Assembly: GCA_964503955.1 (NCBI GenBank)
Contig: CAZDCG010000002.1
Span: 13,047 to 77,046, forward strand
Reading direction: 5' to 3'
From: an uncultured Gammaproteobacteria bacterium
GTDB lineage: Bacteria; Patescibacteriota; Patescibacteriia; VMEV01; CAYQCH01
Length of the DNA stretch: 64,000 nucleotides
The translations under genes were made by a program, and so were the position numbers. The notes under the pieces are model-generated. The model saw only the letters and a program-made list of their open reading frames with translations, did no database searches and was not told the origin of the DNA. This document shows positions 56,782-64,000 of this stretch, piece after piece (position 1 is the stretch's first letter; the number at the start of each line of letters is the position of its first letter).

Positions 56782-57258
56782 ATGGAAAAGACACTCGTGA
56801 TCATCAAGCCGGACGCAGTGCAGCGCGGCCTTATTGGGGAGGTAACCTCTCGGTTCGAAAAAAAAGGGCTTAAGCTCATGGGCATGAAAATGATGTATCT
56901 TACGGATGATATTTTAAAAGAGCATTATTCCCATATCGCGGACAAGCCGTTTTTTCCAGGAATCGCTGATTTTATGAAATCCAGTCCTTCGGTTTTTCAG
57001 GTCTGGACCGGACTTGATGTGGTAAACGCGGTGCGCATCCTAACCGGCATCACCAAGGCGCGTGAAGCCGACGCGGGCAGTATCCGTGGAGATTTGGCGA
57101 TGAGCATTCAGTGCAATGTTATTCACGCTTCTGATTCTGTCGAAAACGGAGAAGCTGAAGTGAAACGCTTCTTCAAGGAAGAAGAACTATTCACCTACGA
57201 TAAAAGCGAATGGCTGCATGTTTACGCTGAAGACGAACGCCGGCAGCTTGGCTTCTAA
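56782..57258 (+). CDS. ndk: Nucleoside diphosphate kinase
   Basis: IIKPDAVQR, HY.H...PFF, GSIRGD, NVIHASDS. Confidence 0.97.
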   Translation: MEKTLVIIKPDAVQRGLIGEVTSRFEKKGLKLMGMKMMYLTDDILKEHYSHIADKPFFPGIADFMKSSPSVFQVWTGLDVVNAVRILTGITKAREADAGSIRGDLAMSIQCNVIHASDSVENGEAEVKRFFKEEELFTYDKSEWLHVYAEDERRQLGF

Positions 57259-57353
57259 GCCTTTTAAGCGTGTTTTGACGTGCGGCCAGAGATCGTTCAT
57301 GTGGATAAAATCATCCCCTTTTTGATTTATGCCATTCGTGATTTAATGGGGTT

Positions 57354-57719
57354 ATGCTTGAGCAATGGCAGCAATTCCTTGGCCGACCGCCCGTCTGGAT
57401 AACATTGATCAGCGCGGCCTTTTTTAACCTCGCCTCCTGGGGGATCTTATTGCTGAACATTACGCCCAGGGAAGAACAAATCATTCTGCATTACACCTTG
57501 TCATTCGGCGTTGACCGGGTGGGGATGTGGTATGAAGCGTTTTTCCTCCCCCTGCTGGCCTTCATCCTGTTGCTTGTTGACCTCTGCTTTGCCAAGTATT
57601 TGTTCCGTCGTTCAAGAATTGCAAGCTTTTTCTTCCTGATCTCTGGCGCCGTCTTTCAGCTGCTTGCTTTTCTGGCCGCGCTTTTCCTGGTTATCGCGAA
57701 TTTACCCGTAACAACTTGA
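57354..57719 (+). CDS. Small multi-TM protein upstream of mraY
   Basis: Three TMs, ILHY..FGVD.VG.WY motif. Confidence 0.75.
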   Translation: MLEQWQQFLGRPPVWITLISAAFFNLASWGILLLNITPREEQIILHYTLSFGVDRVGMWYEAFFLPLLAFILLLVDLCFAKYLFRRSRIASFFFLISGAVFQLLAFLAALFLVIANLPVTT

Positions 57720-57722
57720 TGC

Positions 57723-58775
57723 ATGGAAACCGTCCAAGTATTGCGCATTTTCATTCTGACCTCAGCCGGATTTCTGCTTGCTCTGGTGGGGACGCCGCTC
57801 ATGACAAGCTTTTTGTATCGGTTTCGTTTCGGCAAATCCATCCGCGCTTCAGAAGACGCGCCGATCATGTCCAGCATGCACGCGAAGAAAGCCGGAACGC
57901 CGACCATGGGCGGAGTGCTCATCTGGATGACGGTATTGCTGCTGGCAGCCTTGCTTGGAACTCTTGGATATCTTTTTCCTGAATCGGCATTTGCCCGCAT
58001 GAATTTCCTTTCACGCAGTGAGACGCTCTTGCCGATCGGTCTCATGGTCCTTGGCGCAGTCGTGGGCATGTTTGATGATGTCTTTAATATTCTGCGCATG
58101 GGGCCCAAAGGAGGCGGCTTCAGTGTGAGACACCGCCTGCTTTTATATACATTGCTGGCGGCCGTGGGAGCCTGGTGGTTTCATTATAAGCTTGGTTTTA
58201 CCGAATTACACGTTCCCTTTTTTGGTGATGTTCAGCTAGGAATCTGGTATATTCCATTTTTTATTCTTGTCATGGCCGCCACAACGCATGCGCTCAATAT
58301 TACCGACGGGCTAGACGGTCTTGCGGGGGGCAGCATCGCGACTGCGCTTTCAGCGTATCTCGTTATCGCCTTTATTCAGGGGCGTTTTGACCTGGCCGTC
58401 ATGCTGGGTGTCGTCATCGGCGCGCTCATGGCCTTTCTTTGGTTTAATGTCAATCCGGCTCGCTTTTTCATGGGGGATACGGGCTCCATGTCGCTTGGAT
58501 TCGTGCTGGCTTCCGTTGCCATGCTCACAGATACGGCCTTGCTATTGCCGGTGATCGCTTTATTGCCGGTTCTTGAAACCCTCTCGGTCATTGTCCAGCT
58601 CATTTCAAAGAAAGTACGCAAAAAGAAGATTTTTCACTCGGCTCCCATTCATCATCATTTCGAGGCGATTGGATGGCCGGAAACAAAAATCGTGATGCGT
58701 TTTTGGATTATCTCCGCGGTCAGCGCCGTTTGCGGCATGGCGCTTTTTCTGCTGGATCGTGGTTTTACCGTTTAA
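57723..58775 (+). CDS. mraY: Phospho-MurNAc-pentapeptide transferase
   Basis: KAGTPTMGG, DD, NITDGLDGL, FMGDTGS, APIHHHFE. Confidence 0.97.
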   Translation: METVQVLRIFILTSAGFLLALVGTPLMTSFLYRFRFGKSIRASEDAPIMSSMHAKKAGTPTMGGVLIWMTVLLLAALLGTLGYLFPESAFARMNFLSRSETLLPIGLMVLGAVVGMFDDVFNILRMGPKGGGFSVRHRLLLYTLLAAVGAWWFHYKLGFTELHVPFFGDVQLGIWYIPFFILVMAATTHALNITDGLDGLAGGSIATALSAYLVIAFIQGRFDLAVMLGVVIGALMAFLWFNVNPARFFMGDTGSMSLGFVLASVAMLTDTALLLPVIALLPVLETLSVIVQLISKKVRKKKIFHSAPIHHHFEAIGWPETKIVMRFWIISAVSAVCGMALFLLDRGFTV

Positions 58776-58864
58776 TTTCGTTCTTTTTAGCCAAGGGTTG
58801 ATCGTTTTTGCCCTTCCTGCTAAGTTACCCCGTCACAAGGATGTTTAAGGAAGGAGTGACAAGC

Positions 58865-59359
58865 GTGTACAAGGTCGGATTCGCCAGGCCGGACAGGAAG
58901 CTGCGGCCGCACCTGGAAAAGGTGTTCGGCACGCTGAACTGGGTACTGTGTGATCTGGACAGGGTCGATGCCATCTGGCGTGACATCCATCTTGTCCTGG
59001 TTTCCACCGCGATCGAGCTGCCCAAGTCGGGCGCCGTTTCGACCGCGTTCAATTACGAGTGGAGGGAAATCGTTCACAGGATTCGCGAGCGTGATGCAAC
59101 CATTCCGGTCGCCATGGTCACCTCGATTCCCTCCAACCACTTCGACGGCATGCTCAAGCCCATGCTTGAAGCCCGCCTTGGCGAGGGCGTGCAGCTGGTC
59201 AAGGTCGAGGAGGGCGCGCAGGGAAATCCCGCGCTTGGTCTGCCCAAAACGCTTGTGGTGATCGGCGAGGCCGACATGAACGCCCGCAAGGGACCTGTCG
59301 ACGCTCAGCTGATCGGGAGGATTCTGGATGCGCATATCCGGAATCGGCGAAGTGTTTGA
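58865..59359 (+). CDS. Orphan protein with probable degenerate receiver (CheY-like) fold
   Basis: Promoter TTGATC-17-TAAGTT (58798-58826), SD AAGGAAGGAG then GTG, and EIVHRIRERDATIPVAMVTS. Confidence 0.7.
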   Translation: MYKVGFARPDRKLRPHLEKVFGTLNWVLCDLDRVDAIWRDIHLVLVSTAIELPKSGAVSTAFNYEWREIVHRIRERDATIPVAMVTSIPSNHFDGMLKPMLEARLGEGVQLVKVEEGAQGNPALGLPKTLVVIGEADMNARKGPVDAQLIGRILDAHIRNRRSV

Positions 59360-59367
59360 TCGCAAAA

Positions 59368-59411
59368 GCCGCTTCTTTCCCGCGAGGGGAGGAGGCGGCA
59401 TTGTGTTTTTT
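59368..59411 (+). terminator. Hairpin terminator of the orphan gene
   Basis: GCCGCTTCTTTCCC-GCGA-GGGGAGGAGGCGGC followed by a T-rich tract. Confidence 0.7.
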
Positions 59412-59412
59412 A

Positions 59413-59442
59413 TTGACAAAACCCCTTGAATTTAGCTATTCT
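59413..59442 (+). promoter_or_regulatory. Sigma70-type promoter upstream of aspS
   Basis: TTGACA-18 bp-TATTCT. Confidence 0.6.
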
Positions 59443-59504
59443 CAGGTGAGAACGAGCCGATTTTTGTGTCCCAGCACAGCTCTGGGATTTTTTTAATAAA
59501 GGCC

Positions 59505-59586
59505 CACAGACGCACAGGTTTTTCAGACGTACAGACTGAATTGCGATTGTCTGTGAGTCTGATAAGTCTGATTAGTCTGTGAGTCT
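59505..59586. repeat. Octamer-period palindromic repeat (CAGAC / GTCTG)
   Basis: CACAGACG CACAGGTT..TCAGACG TACAGACT ... GTCTGTGA GTCTGATAA GTCTGATTA GTCTGTGA GTCT, the same family as at 17729. Confidence 0.8.
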
Positions 59587-59592
59587 CATCAT

Positions 59593-61368
59593 ATGTATCG
59601 AACCCATACCTGCGCGGAATTGAATAAAGAACATGTTGGAAAGGAAGTGACGCTTTCCGGCTGGGTGCATAGCCGCCGTGATCACGGAGGGGTGATTTTC
59701 ATCGACCTTCGCGATATGTTTGGCATGACGCAGGTAACATTCAATCCCGAACAGAGCAAGGAAGCCTGGGAAGTAGCGGACAAAGTCCGTTCCGAATACG
59801 TGATTAAAATCATTGGCGAAGTGGTCGCGCGCCCGGCTGAAATGGTCAATGACAAACTTTCAACAGGCGAGATCGAGGTCATGGTCAAGTCAGCCGAAGT
59901 GATCGGCGCGTCGCAGCCGCTGCCGTTTGAAATTGAAAGCGACGTGCAGGTCAGCGAAGAAGTCCGACTCAAATACCGGTTTCTTGATTTGCGCCGCGAA
60001 AAGATGAAGCAGAATCTGCTCTTCCGAGGCAAGGTGATCAAGTTTCTCCGCGACTGGTGCTATGGCCATGGCTTTACCGAATTTGAAACACCGATTCTTA
60101 CCGCGTCTTCGCCTGAAGGCGCGCGTGATTTCCTCGTGCCGTCCCGTTTGCATCCAGGCAAATTCTACGCGCTGCCTCAGGCGCCGCAGCAGTATAAGCA
60201 GCTCTTGATGATGTCGGGGTTTGATAAGTATTTCCAGATCGCTCCATGCTTTCGCGATGAAGACCCCCGCGCGGACCGAAGTCCGGGAGAATTCTACCAG
60301 CTGGATGTTGAGACAAGCTTCCTCACCCAGGATGAATTCTTCGCGCTCATGGAGCCGCTATTTATCGAATTGTCCGAGAAATTCGGCGGCGGGAAAAAAG
60401 TCTTGCAAAATCCATTTCCTCGCATTCCATTCCGCCAGGCTATGCTTGAATACGGAACGGACAAGCCTGATCTTCGTTTCGATCTGAAAATCCAGGAAGT
60501 CTCTGAATTGGTTAAAGATTCCGGATTCAAGGTATTCGCCGACGCTGTTGCCAATGGCGGCGTTGTCCGATGCATTGTCGCGCCGCAGGCAAGCGAAATG
60601 CCTCGTTCAGCCATTGATGAACTTACGGAATTCGCCCAGTCGCATGGCGCCAAAGGCCTTGCGTATATCGTTGTAGAGAAGAGCGGCGATCTGAAATCTC
60701 CAATCCTCAAGTTCCTTGGCGATGATCTGACAAAGCGATTGATCGAACAGGTCGGCGCAAAAAACGGCGACGTGGTCTTTTTTGGCGCAGACAAAGAGAA
60801 GACAGTGGCTACCGTGCTTGGACAGGTTCGTGTTGAACTTGCAAAACGCCTGAACCTGATCGATACCTCATTGCTTGCCTGGGCATGGATCGTTGATTTC
60901 CCATTCTTTGAATACGACGAGAAAGAAAAGAAAATCGACTTTGCCCATAATCCATTCTCCATGCCGCAGGGCGGGCTTGAAGCTTTGGAAAACCAGGATC
61001 CTCTCACCATAAACGCGTATCAGTATGACATTGTGTGCAACGGCGTTGAGCTTAGCTCGGGCGCGGTGCGAAACTACAATCCTGAGGTGATGTACAAAGC
61101 ATTTGAAACGGTCGGCTACAAACGAGAAGATGTCGACAAAGAATTTCAAGGGATGCTTTCTGCGTTCAAGTACGGAGCTCCGCCAACCTGCGGATTCGCT
61201 CCCGGTATCGAACGCATGATTATGGTCCTTCGAGATGAACCGAATATCCGTGAAATCACCGCCTTCCCCAAGAACGGAAAAGCCGAAGACCTGGTGATGG
61301 GCGCGCCGTCTGTGGTGAAAGAATCACAGCTGAAGGAGTTGTTCATCAAACTTGATTTGAAGAAGTAA
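59593..61368 (+). CDS. aspS: Aspartyl-tRNA synthetase
   Basis: MYRTHTC, RRDHGGVIFIDLRD, ALPQAPQQYKQ, CFRDED.RADR, GAPP, AFPK. Confidence 0.98.
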   Translation: MYRTHTCAELNKEHVGKEVTLSGWVHSRRDHGGVIFIDLRDMFGMTQVTFNPEQSKEAWEVADKVRSEYVIKIIGEVVARPAEMVNDKLSTGEIEVMVKSAEVIGASQPLPFEIESDVQVSEEVRLKYRFLDLRREKMKQNLLFRGKVIKFLRDWCYGHGFTEFETPILTASSPEGARDFLVPSRLHPGKFYALPQAPQQYKQLLMMSGFDKYFQIAPCFRDEDPRADRSPGEFYQLDVETSFLTQDEFFALMEPLFIELSEKFGGGKKVLQNPFPRIPFRQAMLEYGTDKPDLRFDLKIQEVSELVKDSGFKVFADAVANGGVVRCIVAPQASEMPRSAIDELTEFAQSHGAKGLAYIVVEKSGDLKSPILKFLGDDLTKRLIEQVGAKNGDVVFFGADKEKTVATVLGQVRVELAKRLNLIDTSLLAWAWIVDFPFFEYDEKEKKIDFAHNPFSMPQGGLEALENQDPLTINAYQYDIVCNGVELSSGAVRNYNPEVMYKAFETVGYKREDVDKEFQGMLSAFKYGAPPTCGFAPGIERMIMVLRDEPNIREITAFPKNGKAEDLVMGAPSVVKESQLKELFIKLDLKK

Positions 61369-61384
61369 GGGTATTAATAAAAGC

Positions 61385-61437
61385 GAAGAGGCTGCTGTCG
61401 ACACCACCCGTGGGGCGGATAGACAGCAGCCTCTTTT
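61385..61437. terminator. Long hairpin between convergent aspS and orphan gene
   Basis: AAGAGGCTGCTGTC...GACAGCAGCCTCTTTT. Confidence 0.75.
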
Positions 61438-61439
61438 GT

Positions 61440-62915
61440 TCAGCGGAACAGGAGCTGGATCACTTCGTTCAGTTCTTCGCGACTGATGGCCTTGGCTCGG
61501 TAGTAGGCAAGAAGGAGACGTAGGGTCACTGTTCTCCTCCCGCTCCTCAGGTTGTGACAGGCTTGTGGCGACTTCTTGATCAGTCGAAACACCATCGCAT
61601 CAGATCGCGAGTTGGTCATTGCCTTCAGGCGATCGAGGACGATGCCGTTCCTCGCCTTCCATCCACTACGCTCTGTCGCGGAGAATGGAACTGGTCGACC
61701 CCGATGTGCAGGAGCTGTCATCCACCCTGTTGCTGATAGTGGGTTGGCCTTGTAGGCGATGAGCCGTTCGGTGGCCCGATAAGGCAGTTCCTCTTTCAGG
61801 CAGATATCGGAGATTTCCATCAAAGAGATCTGCTGCCATCGGTCGATGACGGGCCGGAGCTTCTCGGCTTGATCAGGGCTCATGAACCGCAGAAGGAGAT
61901 CTTGCGGGATGCTCTCTTCTTGCTCGGGCTGGAGCCTCCTCGAGAAGTACCGGGCTACTCGCGACTGAATTCGGCATTCCCGAATCGACATCTCATCGGC
62001 CAGTTTCAGGAAGGCCGAGGCGCGCTTTGCGCTTGCCGCCAGCTTATACAGCGCGCCCAGGGCTTGGCATCGAGCCGCGCAGATCAGGTTGCTCGCCGCG
62101 TAAACATCGCAGGTGCAAGCGATGCGGAGTCCGCTTGCCAGCCCCTGGTACGAAAAGTCGAGTTCCAGTGTTGCCGTGCGCATGGGTGGCATCCACCAGT
62201 GCTGTTCATCTTCGTACGAGTAGACGTCACTCGTCGCGTCGGTAAACCACAGTTCGTAGGGGCGTTCGAGCCCGTCCGTCGCGACAGTCAGACGGTCGGC
62301 TGTTTGGCTGAGGCATCGTTGTCCAGCAACATACCTGATCGCTGCCAGGATTTCCTCACTGGGCTTCGAGAACAGCCGTACTAGTTCTACCCGAAGCTCC
62401 TCTGAGTACGGCAGGTTCCCGACGGCGTGTGCGGCATGGCCGCGCACGAGAGGAAGGGGGTTGAACAGGTGGCCGATCAGCATGAACCGGATCTGCGCGA
62501 AGTTTCCCCACTTCGGCAGGCTGGGAAGCTGACCCAAGAGCTCGAGGGCTTCCTGCACAGGGTGCCGACCATTGGCCTTGAGCATGACCATCAAATCTTC
62601 GCTGAGGCGACCTTGCCTGGAGCGCGACATCCCCTGGAGCAGGTAAGCATAAGCCTTGGCCGGAGCAAGCATGGTCTTTGAAGCCCAGCTGGGATGATCG
62701 ATGTCGTCGTCGATCTCGGAGTGGCCACGTAAGGCCTCCTCGAGAGAGGCGTTGATCGCCTCCCGTATACGCGGATCTTCTGATCCGTCACTGGCCAGGA
62801 TGATCTCGTCGATCAGAGGGATCAGCTCAGATCGTCTGGTCACGTGTGCGGCCAGCTCGCTGATCGCGGTGGCCAGAATCTTTGGGTTGCCGTTTCTGGC
62901 AAATGCGAGCAGCAT
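61440..62915 (-). CDS. Orphan with HEAT-like repeats and a possible C-terminal HTH
   Basis: Promoter TTGACA-17-TACTCT (62968-62996), SD TAAGGAGG then ATG 62915, PLVRGHAAHAVG, and SPQACHNLRSGRR. Confidence 0.78.
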   Translation of the reverse strand: MLLAFARNGNPKILATAISELAAHVTRRSELIPLIDEIILASDGSEDPRIREAINASLEEALRGHSEIDDDIDHPSWASKTMLAPAKAYAYLLQGMSRSRQGRLSEDLMVMLKANGRHPVQEALELLGQLPSLPKWGNFAQIRFMLIGHLFNPLPLVRGHAAHAVGNLPYSEELRVELVRLFSKPSEEILAAIRYVAGQRCLSQTADRLTVATDGLERPYELWFTDATSDVYSYEDEQHWWMPPMRTATLELDFSYQGLASGLRIACTCDVYAASNLICAARCQALGALYKLAASAKRASAFLKLADEMSIRECRIQSRVARYFSRRLQPEQEESIPQDLLLRFMSPDQAEKLRPVIDRWQQISLMEISDICLKEELPYRATERLIAYKANPLSATGWMTAPAHRGRPVPFSATERSGWKARNGIVLDRLKAMTNSRSDAMVFRLIKKSPQACHNLRSGRRTVTLRLLLAYYRAKAISREELNEVIQLLFR

Positions 62916-63136
62916 GGTCTTCCTCCTTAGGTTTTTGTGTTTTTCATCCTCAGGATGAGGGTGGCTCAGAGTACCCATTTTTGTTGAAATTGTCAATCAA
63001 ATCGACTGGTGGAAGAGTTGAATAGAATCAATCAAGATTCTACGAATGCCTAGGCTGGCGGGTTTCTATGAGGGAAGAGTCAGAAGGCCTCAAATATGGT
63101 AAACTAAATGAACCAGCAGAGGCTGGAACCTTTCCT

Positions 63137-63838
63137 ATGCGAACCTACCGTCTCGAACAATTTGAGGGGCCGTTGGATCTGCTTTTGCAGATGATTCAGC
63201 GTGAGGAGCTTGATATTTCCGCGATTTCGTTGGCTTCCGTGGCGGAACAGTTCGTTTCCTACATCAAAGACAACCCTGACGGCATCAGCGGGGAAGAAAT
63301 GGCCGATTTTCTTGTCGTAGCCGCGCAATTGTTTTTGCTCAAATCACAGCTGCTCTTACCTGATCTAGAGCACGATGACGAACTTAATCCTGATTCGCTT
63401 GAAACGCAATTGAAGCTCTACCGGCGTTTCGTTGATGCCGCGCAAAAATTGCAGACAAAAATTGAGCAGAAAACATTTCTATACACGCAACCAAAATCGC
63501 GTTTGCAAATGCAGGCCCGGTTCAGCCCTCCTCCAGGTCTTCAGGCGGAAACGCTGCGAACACTCATGCAAGAAGTGATTGCGCGCCTGGAGCCGATTGT
63601 GATTCTACCGGAAAGCACCATGGAAAAAACCGTGACGCTTCACGAAAAGATCTCGCAGATCCAGGAGCTGCTCAAGCGGGCGAAAGGATTGAGTTTCAAA
63701 CAGATTCTTGGCCAATCCCGCTCAAAAATCGAACAGATTGTCAGTTTTCTCGCTTTGCTTGAATTGGTGAAACAAGAGGAGGTTTCCGTGCGGCAAAGCG
63801 GTGCCTTTGAAGACATTCTCATTGACCGATCTTCTTAA
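63137..63838 (+). CDS. scpA: Segregation and condensation protein A
   Basis: FEGPLDLLL, FLVVAAQL..LKS.LLLP, SFLALLELVK. Confidence 0.95.
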   Translation: MRTYRLEQFEGPLDLLLQMIQREELDISAISLASVAEQFVSYIKDNPDGISGEEMADFLVVAAQLFLLKSQLLLPDLEHDDELNPDSLETQLKLYRRFVDAAQKLQTKIEQKTFLYTQPKSRLQMQARFSPPPGLQAETLRTLMQEVIARLEPIVILPESTMEKTVTLHEKISQIQELLKRAKGLSFKQILGQSRSKIEQIVSFLALLELVKQEEVSVRQSGAFEDILIDRSS

Positions 63839-63847
63839 TCAATACAC

Positions 63848-64000
63848 ATGCCTACGCTCGCAACACAAATTGAAAGCTTATTGCTCTATACGAATAAGCC
63901 CATGAAAGCCAAAGATTTGCTTAAGGCAACTGGTGCAGAAGTTCAAGCTTTTTCAGAAGCCATCGCGTCGCTTGAAAGCAAGTACAATAATGAACAGTCA
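63848..64000 (+). CDS. scpB: Segregation and condensation protein B (truncated by window end)
   Basis: MPTLATQIESLLLYTNKPM directly after scpA. Confidence 0.8.
   Translation, partial: MPTLATQIESLLLYTNKPMKAKDLLKATGAEVQAFSEAIASLESKYNNEQS

Overview
A 64 kb chromosomal segment of a bacterium using genetic code 11 (TGA stops are used and RF2 is present). Gene content and order point to Patescibacteria (CPR), probably an ABY1-type lineage, though this is inference: VirB2-like pilin-Ig fusions, split ComEC, short ATP synthase delta, lepB-hisS-rpsU and ybeY-ftsA-ftsZ-nrdR blocks, and almost no Shine-Dalgarno (SD) sites. The core genes are dnaG-rpoD, xth, a complete F0F1 operon, pth, der, an LCP protein, lepB, rpsU, ybeY, ftsAZ, nrdR, htrA, prfB (+1 frameshift), comEC, ndk, mraY, aspS and scpAB. 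Seven features stand out. (1) There are two translation-initiation regimes: core genes lack an SD and nearly all have T at -1, while rpsU has an extended SD with a probable CTG start and four GC-rich stand-alone genes are SD-led. This suggests possible bS21-gated translation. (2) An isocitrate lyase lies here with no malate synthase nearby. (3) The HisRS at the hisS locus has lost its catalytic motifs. (4) An 11.5 kb six-gene surface-protein locus is built on pilin-like anchors. (5) The ATP synthase c subunit has a Na+-type signature. (6) At least eight intergenic 7/8-nt-period repeat elements occur, most of them palindromic. (7) A 1412-aa orphan carries four internal ~85-aa repeats. No tRNA, rRNA, CRISPR array or transposase was recognised. 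All calls are by eye and no database searches were run.
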